64,000 nucleotides of DNA from positions 11,628 through 75,627 of the forward strand of contig JAQULF010000002.1 in assembly GCA_028718745.1 (NCBI GenBank), given 5' to 3'. The notes beneath the pieces are model-generated. The model was not told the DNA's origin and did no database searches. It saw only the letters and a list, made by a program, of their open reading frames with translations. This document shows, one piece after another, positions 47,966 to 57,920 of this stretch (within the stretch, counting starts at the first letter, position 1; each line of letters begins with the position of its first letter). Source of the DNA: Patescibacteria group bacterium. GTDB taxonomy: Bacteria > Patescibacteriota > JACPGU01. The position numbers were made by a program, and so were the translations under genes.

Positions 47966-49480
47966 TTATTCTACTAATTCTCCCCCAAAAACTTTTAATG
48001 CATCCGATATGGTATCGGTTTTTATCTTTTCTTTCTCACCTTTTTGAATAATAATTCTTTTTTCTTTTCCAAAAAATTCTTCAAACAAATTATTTATGAA
48101 AGCAAGGTTTTGTTTTTCATTCAAGCGATCAAAATAAAAACTGTTATAGATGTTAACCCTGACTGTCTCATTAAAATTTTCGTATTCACAGCCTTGCAAT
48201 GCCATATATAAAATCATTTTTTCATTCTTCATTTTTTCCAGAAATAAATTCCAACCATCTTTACCGCCAGTTTCTTTTATTTCTTCTTCTTTGCTTTTTT
48301 CAATCCTCTCCTCGCTTTCTTGCTTACTGTTTGTTTTTAGAACATTCTTTATCTCATTGACTATTTTTCCGGCAATGTTAGGGTTTTCTTTTTTTGTTGG
48401 AAAATCAATCTTGCCCGAAAAAGAAATGAATTTTATCATTTCTAATTCAAAAACTAATTGGGGTAAAAAAGAAAATTTGCTGTTTTTTACAACACTGTTC
48501 AAAACATCGGCGAGTCGAACAATTTGCTCCAAAGAAAAACCATTGGCAATTTCGGCTGCTTTTTCTGAATTAGAAAAATCACTTTGGATTTTATTATCAA
48601 TTTTCAGTATTAATAATTTTCTTAAAAAAATTATCAGATTTTTTAAAAAGCTTTCCATATCTTTACCATCATTTATTAAACCATCTGTGAAAGATATGAT
48701 TTTGCCGATATTCTCGCTTTGGATTAGTTTTAAGATTTCTAATAGCTGTTCTTCCTTTGAATAGCCTAATATATCTTCCAGAGTCTCTGAACTTATTGCA
48801 CCACCCGAAAAAGAATTGAGCTGATCGAGCGAAGAAAGCGCATCTCGCAAAGATCCCTCCGAAAGCGAAATAATTTTTTTCAAATCAGCTTCATCTATTT
48901 TTATGTTTTCTTTTTTGGTAATCTCTTTTATGCTATTAAACATTTTTTCAGATTCTATTTTGTGGAAATCAAATCTTTGGCAGCGAGAAAGTATCGTAGC
49001 GGGAATCTTGTGAATCTCCGTAGTCGCCAGGATGAATATCGCATGAGCCGGTGGCTCTTCCAAGGTTTTTAAAAGCGCGTTAAAAGCATCGGAGGTTAAC
49101 ATGTGCACTTCATCAATGATGTATATTTTGTATTTTCCAACATTGGGAGAAAACTTTATCTTTTCTCGCAGATCGCGAATATCATCAATGCCGCGATTGC
49201 TGGCAGCGTCTATTTCAATTAAATCTAAAAAACTACCTTGAGTCATTTCCTTACAAATTCGACACGCTCCACATGGTTCGCCATTTTTCTTGTCTTGACA
49301 ATTAATTGCCTTAGCAAATATTCTGGCAATTGAAGTTTTTCCCGTACCGCGCATACCGGCAAAGACATAGGCATGACCTATTTGGTCAGATTCTATTGCT
49401 CCACGCAAAGTCTGGACAATATGCTCCTGGCCGATTATCTCGTTAAATGTCTGCGGTCTGTATTTTCGGTATAAACTCAT
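47966..49480 (-). CDS. dnaX: DNA polymerase III subunit gamma/tau
   Basis: LYRKYRP, GMRGTGKT, EIDAASN, DEVH, SRCQ. Confidence 0.97.
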   Translation of the reverse strand: MSLYRKYRPQTFNEIIGQEHIVQTLRGAIESDQIGHAYVFAGMRGTGKTSIARIFAKAINCQDKKNGEPCGACRICKEMTQGSFLDLIEIDAASNRGIDDIRDLREKIKFSPNVGKYKIYIIDEVHMLTSDAFNALLKTLEEPPAHAIFILATTEIHKIPATILSRCQRFDFHKIESEKMFNSIKEITKKENIKIDEADLKKIISLSEGSLRDALSSLDQLNSFSGGAISSETLEDILGYSKEEQLLEILKLIQSENIGKIISFTDGLINDGKDMESFLKNLIIFLRKLLILKIDNKIQSDFSNSEKAAEIANGFSLEQIVRLADVLNSVVKNSKFSFLPQLVFELEMIKFISFSGKIDFPTKKENPNIAGKIVNEIKNVLKTNSKQESEERIEKSKEEEIKETGGKDGWNLFLEKMKNEKMILYMALQGCEYENFNETVRVNIYNSFYFDRLNEKQNLAFINNLFEEFFGKEKRIIIQKGEKEKIKTDTISDALKVFGGELVE

Positions 49481-49488
49481 GATGGTAA

Positions 49489-50760
49489 TTACTTATTCGT
49501 TATAATAAATACCGGCGAATCAGATATACCTACAACAACCGAGCCGTTTTCTTTTTTAGAAGTAATATCTGCTCCGACAAAATCAAGAATTTTAACATCA
49601 ATGGAACTATCAACCAGGGTTAGATTATCTAATCCGTTTATTTTCCAGACAACTCGGATTTTATAACCGCCTTTTATAAAATAAAAATCATAGAACCCAT
49701 TTTCCCCATTTATATTGGCGTTTTCAAATTGACTGCCTTCCAAAATGTTGATCAAATTTTTATATGCAAGGAAAGATTTCTTTTTTGTATAATCTTTATT
49801 TATTAAACCAAAATTATTTTCTCTGTCATTTTTGTTATCACCATCATTTCGCAAATCATACCAGAAAAGTTTTTTAACATTTGGAAATTGATAACTTATC
49901 AAATAAATGCGCGCGAGATATTTTGCCTGAATATCTTCACTTACCCCCTCTATGTTACCGGTCGGCCAGCCAAATTCGGTAAGCCAAATCGGTTTGCCGC
50001 CAAACTTTTCTGATAATTGCTGCGCATCTTTCATATTCTTTAAAAATTTTTCTTCCGGTGGAGAACGAAAATCAAAACTATATGGATGAACAGCTAAAAC
50101 ATCAAAGAAATTACCTGCCTCCAAATTATTTAGCTCTTCCAAATAACCAACATCTACTCCCGATGTACCGGCTAACACAACTTGCGCGCCTGGATCTTTT
50201 TGTTTAATTATCTCATGGGCGCTTTTTAGGAGCTCAAGATATTTGCCGGCATCCGGTTCCGGTTTGAAAAATACTGGCACATTTGGTTCGTTCCAGATTT
50301 GCCAATAGTGCACCTGGCCCTTATAACGATCCACAACTCTACCTACGAAATTCTGCCAATCAGCGATATTCGGCATATATTTGTCTGCATCAGTTCGGTT
50401 AGGATCACTTGTCGCCCAAGGAGCACTGTAGTCTAAAACTCCCAAAATACTTATGTTTAAAGACGAGAACTGACTTATAGCTTCATCATAGTCCTTCCAT
50501 TGAAAATCGCCCTTTGCGGGTTCAATGTCACGCCAGATAAATTCTTCCCTACTCCAACCAATCCCCAAGTCTTTCATTATATTAACAGGCTTGGACAGCT
50601 CTGATTGTTCATATCGATTTAGAACAAAGGCATTTACTCCAAACCTGGAATCTATCCCTTGGGTACGAGCACCAAAAGGAATTAAAAAAACTAAAAAAGA
50701 CGACAGCAATACACAAAAGACTAGAACTATCTTTCTTAGTTTCTTCATAATAACCTCCAC
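49489..50760 (-). CDS. Exported clan GH-A glycoside hydrolase (GH39/PslG-like)
   Basis: WQIWNEPN, AVHPY, IWLTEFGW. Confidence 0.85.
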   Translation of the reverse strand: MEVIMKKLRKIVLVFCVLLSSFLVFLIPFGARTQGIDSRFGVNAFVLNRYEQSELSKPVNIMKDLGIGWSREEFIWRDIEPAKGDFQWKDYDEAISQFSSLNISILGVLDYSAPWATSDPNRTDADKYMPNIADWQNFVGRVVDRYKGQVHYWQIWNEPNVPVFFKPEPDAGKYLELLKSAHEIIKQKDPGAQVVLAGTSGVDVGYLEELNNLEAGNFFDVLAVHPYSFDFRSPPEEKFLKNMKDAQQLSEKFGGKPIWLTEFGWPTGNIEGVSEDIQAKYLARIYLISYQFPNVKKLFWYDLRNDGDNKNDRENNFGLINKDYTKKKSFLAYKNLINILEGSQFENANINGENGFYDFYFIKGGYKIRVVWKINGLDNLTLVDSSIDVKILDFVGADITSKKENGSVVVGISDSPVFIITNK

Positions 50761-50820
50761 CTAAAATATAATATCCTCCGCTAGAATTGTCTCACAAAAA
50801 GGGGGTAAAGGCAATGGAAA

Positions 50821-50892
50821 TACCGCTAAGGGGAATTGAACCCCTGTTGCCAGATTGAGAATCTGGTGTCCTAACCACTAGACGATAGCGGC
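50821..50892 (-). tRNA. tRNA-Glu (CTC)
   Basis: Cloverleaf, CCAGA-TTCTCAA-TCTGG. Confidence 0.95.
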
Positions 50893-50898
50893 AAACAA

Positions 50899-51435
50899 CT
50901 AACCTAAATAAGGATTATCGGTCTGATTAATCTTTTTTAACCTTCCTTTGAGATCTAATTTTTGCAAATAGACAAAGACAGATGCAGATACTAACATGTC
51001 CCAGTCCTTGTTTCGCAAGATTCTGTTTCGAATCTCTGTGCCGGAATAAAATTTTCTTCTAAGCAATGGGTGGAAATCAACCATATAGCCAGCATCTTCA
51101 AAAAGTAATTTTGTAAAAGGACTCGCCGTTACAACAATGTCAAACCTGCCGGTCTTTTTTGCAACATAATCAGGCCACAAAGAATTAGTATTAATATCTG
51201 GAATAGATACAATTTTATACTGTTTTTTGGTCAACCCTATTTGTCGGAAAACTTTTTCCAGCATCTCTATTCTTTCTTTCTCGGTTAAAGGGTTTCTGGC
51301 AGTATAATCTTCCTGTGAACTCCCTATGGCAATTATCAAATAGCCGTACCGCTTTAACAGATAGCGAACAGCATAAAGATGTCCGAGGTGATACGGCTGA
51401 AAGCGACCAATAAAAAGAGCTTTTTTGTTTGCCAT
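50899..51435 (-). CDS. nadM: Nicotinamide-nucleotide adenylyltransferase (NadM type)
   Basis: IGRFQPYHLGH, IGSSQ, NPLT..ER, SGTEIR. Confidence 0.85.
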   Translation of the reverse strand: MANKKALFIGRFQPYHLGHLYAVRYLLKRYGYLIIAIGSSQEDYTARNPLTEKERIEMLEKVFRQIGLTKKQYKIVSIPDINTNSLWPDYVAKKTGRFDIVVTASPFTKLLFEDAGYMVDFHPLLRRKFYSGTEIRNRILRNKDWDMLVSASVFVYLQKLDLKGRLKKINQTDNPYLG

Positions 51436-51448
51436 TTTTGTTTTTTGT

Positions 51449-52171
51449 TTATTTTAACATATTTTGCAAAATAATCCCAGTCGCCAGAATACAAGCTGTT
51501 TCACTTCTTAATATATTGTTTCCCAGGTTAAAAAATAGGAAATCTTCTTTTTTTATAAACTCAATTTCGGAATCGCTAAAATCCCCTTCCGGACCGACAA
51601 GTATATTAACATCTTTGCTCTTAGACTTGGTATCTAAAATATTTTTACCAGCCCCTATGGCAGCCACTAAATTAAGCTTGCCTCTCACTTCCTTAATCAT
51701 TTCCCTAAAACTAATCGGTTCCAAGATTTCCGGCAAATCCAATCGGCCGGACTGTTCGGCTGCTTCTTTAATAATTTTTTTATATCTCACAAGTTTTGCT
51801 GGCCTTATTTCGCGAATTATGGAGTGATCGAAAATAACCGGTTGAAAAAAACTAATGCCTAGTTCAGTACATTTTTCTAAAATAATTTCAAAATGATCGC
51901 CTTTGAGTGGTGAACAAAAAAGACCGACTTGAAAACCTCTTTTTATCGTTTTATTTTTAGCCAATACCTTGCCTTGAATTAAATTTTTTTCTATATTAGA
52001 AATCTCAACTAAAAATTCAGAATCCAACCCATCAAAAACATTTATTTGCGAACCAATATTCAATCGAAAAACATTTTTTATCTGATTTATAAGACCAGCA
52101 TCATTGCTTTCAAAAAGATTACTCTGAATATTGTTTGGATTAATTAAAAAACGATGATGATTTTTTTTCAT
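51449..52171 (-). CDS. rsmE: 16S rRNA m3U1498 methyltransferase
   Basis: KCTELG, EAAEQSGR, VGPEGDF, LG..ILRSETA. Confidence 0.93.
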   Translation of the reverse strand: MKKNHHRFLINPNNIQSNLFESNDAGLINQIKNVFRLNIGSQINVFDGLDSEFLVEISNIEKNLIQGKVLAKNKTIKRGFQVGLFCSPLKGDHFEIILEKCTELGISFFQPVIFDHSIIREIRPAKLVRYKKIIKEAAEQSGRLDLPEILEPISFREMIKEVRGKLNLVAAIGAGKNILDTKSKSKDVNILVGPEGDFSDSEIEFIKKEDFLFFNLGNNILRSETACILATGIILQNMLK

Positions 52172-52244
52172 AAAATTATTCTAACTTAAAAAGGCCTTCT
52201 TTCAAAGCCCTTTCTAAGTTCCTCCTTCTATAATTTTCAAACAA

Positions 52245-52454
52245 TTAAACCTTCTTTACCATTGGAAGACCGGTTCGAGCATTCTCGATAGTCTTCATTC
52301 CTGCTGGCAATGCATCCAAAGCGAACTTTGGGTTCATTTTGTCCTTGCCTGAAAACCAGAAAATTCTCTGTTTTCGGCCGCCCTTTAGGATAACCTCCTT
52401 TGAGTGAAGGAAATAATCCTTTCCGCTCTTTTTGCTTTTTACGGTATAAGCCAT
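52245..52454 (-). CDS. Small basic hypothetical protein
   Basis: 69 aa, RBS AAGGAGGTG, ends ENARTGLPMVKK. Confidence 0.8.
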   Translation of the reverse strand: MAYTVKSKKSGKDYFLHSKEVILKGGRKQRIFWFSGKDKMNPKFALDALPAGMKTIENARTGLPMVKKV

Positions 52455-52581
52455 GTTACACCTCCTTGATCCCTTGGAAACTTTTCCACAGGGGTTTATT
52501 TATATTTAACCTCATTATACCTGTTGCCAACCTGATAGTCAAAATTTCCCAGGTTCAAAAAAAATCGTCATTTCGACAAAC

Positions 52582-52619
52582 AAAAAAGCCTCTGAAAAAT
52601 GGCTTTGAGGGGCTTTTTT
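52582..52619 (-). terminator. Probable terminator
   Basis: AAAAAAGCCTC...GGGGCTTTTTT. Confidence 0.65.
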
Positions 52620-52631
52620 AGAAAAAACAAA

Positions 52632-53744
52632 TTAATAGCTATAAGCGTCTACCAATTTACCGCTAGCATCATATAAATATCCTGCCTCTCCCAATTTGTT
52701 CCAAACTGGTGTGGTGCTGTTGAAAAGGAATCTGCCTGAATTAGTAGTTACCCTTACTGTAGACCCGGGCGTTAATATATAGGAAGGAAAGGTGAAAGAA
52801 TTGCCATCACTATCAGAAATCGTCCAACCAGTAATGTCTTTATCGACATCACCCGTATTCTTTAATTCTATATATTCGTTGTATCCTGAAGCAGATGGGT
52901 CATTACTATATAATATATAGCTAATAATAACTTTGGACGGATAAATTATTAAGGGTTGAGGGTCTGTTTGATTCTGATTTGCTGATTGCTGATTTCCGTT
53001 TGTATTATTATCGGAATTAGAAGGGCTTGCCGAATTAGAATTATTGTTTGAATTGTTATTAGAATTGTTTTGGTTAGTTGAATTATTGTTTGTGCTCGTT
53101 TCTGTAACTAATTTAATGGTAATTTCTTGTTCTGTAGTCTTATCACCATTATCTGCCACTATCTTTATCTTATCTTCCCCCAAACTTAATTGGATTTTGG
53201 TTTCAAATTCACCTTCATCATTTACTGCAACCTTGTCACCATTTACAAGAATGTTTACTCCCGGATCCGTTTTACCTTTAACTGTTATTTCCTGATCTTT
53301 TTTTCCGGCAGCAACTTTGATCTCACTATTTTGGGTAGGCTCGGTTATCTCCAAAGAAGGGGGCTTGATTACATATTCAATCTGAATAGAAACTGGGTTA
53401 GACTTATTTGAATTTGGATCAAAAAAATCTATTTTATTGATTCCTTCACTTAATTCAGCAGAATAAGCAATACAACCTTTATTATCAACATCAACAAAAA
53501 TAGGATCATTGCCATTTAAAACAACTTTTATTTTAGAGTTAGGCTGGGCGCCACAGCCATTGATAACTTGAGTTTTATCATAAACAACGCCTGGTATATT
53601 CCCAACTGCAAAAGTCTTTTGATTCGGCGCTAAAACTTTGTAACCAAAGAAAATAATCAGCAATAGCAAAAGTAACAACAGCAATTTCCTACTTGTATGT
53701 TTCTGTTTATCTTCTGTAACTAAATTATCTAATTCGTCTGGCAT
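52632..53744 (-). CDS. Surface protein with Ig-like domains, Asn-rich linker and lamin-tail domain
   Basis: EYIELKNTG..DITGWTISD...VWNK.GE.GYLYD; TM anchor. Confidence 0.85.
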   Translation of the reverse strand: MPDELDNLVTEDKQKHTSRKLLLLLLLLLIIFFGYKVLAPNQKTFAVGNIPGVVYDKTQVINGCGAQPNSKIKVVLNGNDPIFVDVDNKGCIAYSAELSEGINKIDFFDPNSNKSNPVSIQIEYVIKPPSLEITEPTQNSEIKVAAGKKDQEITVKGKTDPGVNILVNGDKVAVNDEGEFETKIQLSLGEDKIKIVADNGDKTTEQEITIKLVTETSTNNNSTNQNNSNNNSNNNSNSASPSNSDNNTNGNQQSANQNQTDPQPLIIYPSKVIISYILYSNDPSASGYNEYIELKNTGDVDKDITGWTISDSDGNSFTFPSYILTPGSTVRVTTNSGRFLFNSTTPVWNKLGEAGYLYDASGKLVDAYSY

Positions 53745-53772
53745 ATTTTTATTATATACTTTTTATATATAA

Positions 53773-54186
53773 CTACAATTTGAAGTCTTCAGGATTAAAT
53801 AGTTCTGCAAATTTTTGGATATTTATATGCAGATTCATATCCTTAAGTTCTTTTTTGGAAAAAAACTTAATATCTGTGCATTCATCCGATTTCGTGAAAT
53901 CCAGTGAATCTATTTCAACTTTATAGGCAATAAATAAGCGATGGTCCTTTTCTCTTTTTTGTTTCCAGACATAAATAGGTCTTTCGGTGATTTTAGTAAC
54001 ATTCACCCCCATTTCTTCTACAAATTCTCTTTTGAGACTATCAAATATCTCCTGATCAAATTCCAACCCACCGCCTGGCAATTCCCATCTACCATCCTTT
54101 TCTTGGACTAACAAAATCTTACCATCTCTAACAACTAAGCCTTTCGTAGAAACCCGATAAAAACATCTTGGTATGACATTATCCAT
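53773..54186 (-). CDS. NUDIX hydrolase
   Basis: PGGGLEFDQEIFDSLKREFVEEMG. Confidence 0.9.
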   Translation of the reverse strand: MDNVIPRCFYRVSTKGLVVRDGKILLVQEKDGRWELPGGGLEFDQEIFDSLKREFVEEMGVNVTKITERPIYVWKQKREKDHRLFIAYKVEIDSLDFTKSDECTDIKFFSKKELKDMNLHINIQKFAELFNPEDFKL

Positions 54187-54256
54187 TTTTTTATTTAATA
54201 ATAATTCTATTGTTCGAAATTAGCCTCTAATCATATTTTCCTAAGCTTTTTATATA

Positions 54257-54880
54257 CTAATTAAAAATCGCTTCTTCACCATCTCCAATAAAAGTGTATT
54301 TATTATCTTCTACTAAAATTCCCTGTCCATCTTTTAATATTCGGATTGGATATTGTAAAGTTTTTATTTTTTCTCTTACTTTTGATTCCTGCTCATCTTT
54401 ATAATGAACTTTTAATACAAAAGGAACATAATTTAAGGCGGTAAGATCAGTAACATCAAAACGCGGCTTGCCAGTTTCATCCCAATTGGAAACTTCTATT
54501 GTTGGACACATAATATAAGAGCCCGCGCTTGTACCAATATAAATCTTGCCTTCTTCCAATAATTCTTTTAGTATTTCCGCAAAACCGGTTTCTCTAATCG
54601 CTCTAATAAGATAAAAAGTATTACCCCCTTCCATATGAATAATATTTTTATCTTTAAAAAAGTTTTTTATTTCTTCTTTTGTTCTGCCTTCTATATCTAT
54701 CTCGTCAAAATTATAACCATTTTCTTTAATAACATATTTTAATTTTCGACTAAAATCTCCTCTATCACCCTTTGAGGCAGTGGTAATATAACCAATTTTC
54801 ATTTGGTCTTTTGGAATACCGGTTAAATCATAACCATATTTCAACAAAAAACTTAAATCTGATGCGAGAATTAATTTCAT
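54257..54880 (-). CDS. Peptidase S51 (dipeptidase E-like)
   Basis: ITTAS, GGNTFYL, GTSAG, VHY. Confidence 0.88.
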   Translation of the reverse strand: MKLILASDLSFLLKYGYDLTGIPKDQMKIGYITTASKGDRGDFSRKLKYVIKENGYNFDEIDIEGRTKEEIKNFFKDKNIIHMEGGNTFYLIRAIRETGFAEILKELLEEGKIYIGTSAGSYIMCPTIEVSNWDETGKPRFDVTDLTALNYVPFVLKVHYKDEQESKVREKIKTLQYPIRILKDGQGILVEDNKYTFIGDGEEAIFN

Positions 54881-54922
54881 AAATTATTTAAGCTGATTTT
54901 AATATTTGCTAAAAAATAACAA

Positions 54923-55119
54923 CTGGGAGACTTGGACTCGAACCAAGGTTAACGGCTTCCCCGCTATTCAGCGGGGCAGGCGCCGGCCGCTGTACTATTT
55001 ACCCCGCCACATTTGGCTGAGGGACTTGGACTCGAACCAAGGTTAACGGCTTCAGAGGCCGCTGTCCTACCGCTAGACGATCCCTCAATCAAATGTGGCA
55101 GGGCCGCTAGACGACCCTG
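54923..55119 (-). pseudogene. Degenerate tRNA-Gln carrying two inserts, one containing the intact tRNA-Gln
   Basis: 54923-54959, 54985-54997 and 55104-55114 reassemble into a near copy of tRNA-Gln. Confidence 0.85.
55014..55087 (-). tRNA. tRNA-Gln (CTG), CCA encoded
   Basis: Cloverleaf, GCGGC-CTCTGAA-GCCGT. Confidence 0.95.
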
Positions 55120-55126
55120 TAAAGAA

Positions 55127-55354
55127 CTATTCAACTGCGTTGTTTTCTTTCTCTTTAGCTTTCCAAAACCATGAATAATAAACCAAAAGAATACAAATTA
55201 AAAAATTAACCAAAACCGCTGCCATTATTGAACCGAATCCAAATTCTAAACCCATAAATTTTACTGGTGTCATGTTTTCTGCAAGCAACCAGATGTTCCA
55301 TCCCATTTCGGTTAGCGTAGCTCCTACTAAAACTTTTGCGATGTCTTTAAGCAT
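55127..55354 (-). CDS. Small membrane protein
   Basis: 75 aa, hydrophobic. Confidence 0.6.
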   Translation of the reverse strand: MLKDIAKVLVGATLTEMGWNIWLLAENMTPVKFMGLEFGFGSIMAAVLVNFLICILLVYYSWFWKAKEKENNAVE

Positions 55355-55363
55355 ATTTATAAT

Positions 55364-56809
55364 TTATTTATAATCTGGTGTGATTTTTACTAAAGCAATT
55401 TTTAATCTTCCTAAAGATTCTTGCGGACCAAAAACCCAAAGCAATTCCGCAGGAGAAGGACTCGCCATTTCTCCGGAAAGCGCAACACGCACCGGCCAAA
55501 AAACATCTCCATTTTTCAAACCGTTAATCGTTACAATCTGCGACAAAAATAAATTTAATTCTTCGACGCTTTCCCATTTTTCAGAATCCAGCATCTCAAG
55601 ACTCTCAATCGCTTTTTGTAATCCCGTAATCGTATCTCGCCAATCGCTTTTAACAAATCTGATCATATCTTTGTCTGGATCAACTGTATAGAAAAAACAA
55701 TGGGAAAGCGAGTCAAAATCAGCGAGCAATACCATTCTCTCTTTAACTACCCTAATAATCTTTTGTAAAAACAAATTATCAAATTTGGAAAAATCAATTT
55801 GAGTAAATGATTTTATTTTTTCTAACAACTCACCCTCTTCTATTTGATGAATATAGTGGGCGTTAAAATGATTCAATTTTTCGATATCAAAAAATGCTGG
55901 GGCCTTATTAACCTTAGAAACATCAAATTCTTTTTCTAGTTCCACCAAAGAAAAAAATTCTTGTTCTGTGCCGGGATTCCAACCAAGCAGCGCGACGAAA
56001 TTAATAATCGCTTCTGGCAAATATCCTTGTTCTTTGAATGCGTCCACTGAAACCGAGCCCTCTCGTTTACTTAGTTTCTTTTTATCCTTTCCAATTATTA
56101 CAGGTAAGTGCGCAAAGACTGGCGGCTGCCAACCAAAACATTGATAGAGGTAAAGATGCTTTGGGACAGAAGAAAGCCACTCGTCACCGCGTATAACATG
56201 GGTTATTCCTTTTTCTTCGTCATCAACAATTGATGCTAGATGATAGGTAGGAAAACCATCTGCCTTTATCAGTACTTGATCATCTATTAACGAATAATCA
56301 AACTCAATTTCTCCGCGAATCATGTCATTAAATGAAACTTTTCCGCTCTCAGGCATTTTGAGGCGAATAACATGAGATTCTCCTTTTGCAACTCGCGCCA
56401 ATGTTTCGTCTAACGGCAACTTTCTACAACAGCGATCATATCCGGTTGGTTGATGGCTCAATTCCTGTGTTTTTCTTAGATCTTCCAATCTCTTTTCAGA
56501 ACAAAAACAGGGATAAGCAAAACCTTTGGCTATCAGTTCATCTGCATATTTTTTATATAATAAAATTCGCGATGATTGATACATCGGTTCCCCGCTCCAA
56601 TCCATCCCCAGCCATCTTACTAGATCCAACATTCTTAGTTCTGAACCCCCAACTAAACGAGCTCTATCTGTGTCGTCAATCCGTATTTGAAATTCTCCGC
56701 TATTTTTCTTTGCAAATAAATATGCAAACAAAGCTGTGCGAGCTCCGCCAATATGAAACTCACCGGTTGGACTGGGCGCAAAACGAGTTTTAACTTTATT
56801 GTTTGCCAT
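55364..56809 (-). CDS. gltX: Glutamate-tRNA ligase
   Basis: RFAPSPTG, HIGG, KLSKR. Confidence 0.97.
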   Translation of the reverse strand: MANNKVKTRFAPSPTGEFHIGGARTALFAYLFAKKNSGEFQIRIDDTDRARLVGGSELRMLDLVRWLGMDWSGEPMYQSSRILLYKKYADELIAKGFAYPCFCSEKRLEDLRKTQELSHQPTGYDRCCRKLPLDETLARVAKGESHVIRLKMPESGKVSFNDMIRGEIEFDYSLIDDQVLIKADGFPTYHLASIVDDEEKGITHVIRGDEWLSSVPKHLYLYQCFGWQPPVFAHLPVIIGKDKKKLSKREGSVSVDAFKEQGYLPEAIINFVALLGWNPGTEQEFFSLVELEKEFDVSKVNKAPAFFDIEKLNHFNAHYIHQIEEGELLEKIKSFTQIDFSKFDNLFLQKIIRVVKERMVLLADFDSLSHCFFYTVDPDKDMIRFVKSDWRDTITGLQKAIESLEMLDSEKWESVEELNLFLSQIVTINGLKNGDVFWPVRVALSGEMASPSPAELLWVFGPQESLGRLKIALVKITPDYK

Positions 56810-56832
56810 AGATAAATTCTAACACTTTTCTG

Positions 56833-57216
56833 TTAATTATTAAAGTCTTCTATATGATTTATTGTATACCTGCCATTAAGATCATCAAAAATAACTTCTA
56901 CAACATCAATTCTTAAATTATGCTCATCGCCAATTTTGTAATAATTCAAAAAACAATCCATCGCCATATTAATTCTTTCCAGCTTTCGATAATCAACCGC
57001 TTCTTGCGGTTCGCCGAAATAATTGTTTTTGCGGGTTTTTACCTCGACAAAAATTAAGTCATTATTTTTCTTTGCGATAATATCAATCTCGCCAAACTTG
57101 CATCTATAATTTCTCTTGATAATTTTGTAACCGCGATTTACCAGATATCCGCAAGTAATGTTTTCGCCTCTATCGCCAAAGATGCGTTTTTCTGTTTTTT
57201 TATTTTTGTTTTCCAT
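56833..57216 (-). CDS. yraN: YraN family (UPF0102) endonuclease-like protein
   Basis: G..GE, RNYR...GEIDII, FVEVKTR. Confidence 0.92.
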   Translation of the reverse strand: MENKNKKTEKRIFGDRGENITCGYLVNRGYKIIKRNYRCKFGEIDIIAKKNNDLIFVEVKTRKNNYFGEPQEAVDYRKLERINMAMDCFLNYYKIGDEHNLRIDVVEVIFDDLNGRYTINHIEDFNN

Positions 57217-57230
57217 CTCAAATTTAAAAT

Positions 57231-57920
57231 TTAATTTTTAAAATTTAAAATCTCTCTAATCGGTTTAAACGACTTCCTATGTTCCGGACAAATTCCATGC
57301 AACTTAATCGCCTCCTGATGTTTTTTCGTCCCATATCCTTTGTGTTTCTCAAATCCATAATGACTGAATTTTCGTGAAAGTTCAATCATATATCTATCTC
57401 GGGAAACCTTGGCAATGATGGAAGCTGCGGCGATAGTTAAAATTTTGCGATCACCTTTGATAACTTTTTCTTTGGCCAATCCTAATTTTTTTATATTGAG
57501 TCCATCACTTAAAATAAAATCGGGCTTTATTTTCAATCCTCGAATGGCTCTTTTTAAGACCAGATTATTAGCTTCTGCCATGCCTAACTTGTCAATTTCA
57601 CGAGAACTAACCCAGCCTAAAGCAAAATCAATTTCCGAATCATTAGTCAAAATATCAAAAAACTTTTCTCTCTTAATCCCATCTAATTTTTTGGAATCTC
57701 TTACGCCCAGTTTTTTTAATTTTTTGAATTTGTAATCATTTCTTTCTATAATAACAGCGCACGCTGTGATCGGGCCGGCCCAAGGACCGCGACCAACTTC
57801 GTCCACCCCGCAAATAAAAGAAAAACCCTTATTGCGAAGGGTTTCCTCTCGTCGAACAAAATTAATCTTTTTAAGTTTTCTTTCTTTTTTAAAAATTTTA
57901 TTACTCGCTTTTTTCTTCAT
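57231..57920 (-). CDS. rnhB: Ribonuclease HII
   Basis: GVDEVGRGP, RDSKKL, KGD, AASIIAKV, HKGYGT. Confidence 0.96.
   Translation of the reverse strand: MKKKASNKIFKKERKLKKINFVRREETLRNKGFSFICGVDEVGRGPWAGPITACAVIIERNDYKFKKLKKLGVRDSKKLDGIKREKFFDILTNDSEIDFALGWVSSREIDKLGMAEANNLVLKRAIRGLKIKPDFILSDGLNIKKLGLAKEKVIKGDRKILTIAAASIIAKVSRDRYMIELSRKFSHYGFEKHKGYGTKKHQEAIKLHGICPEHRKSFKPIREILNFKN

Noticed and set aside
48378-48397. Possible dnaX -1 frameshift site (A AAA AAA G, -1 frame stop soon after)
   Set aside because: The position is plausible, but A-runs are ubiquitous here and no stimulatory hairpin or SD is evident.
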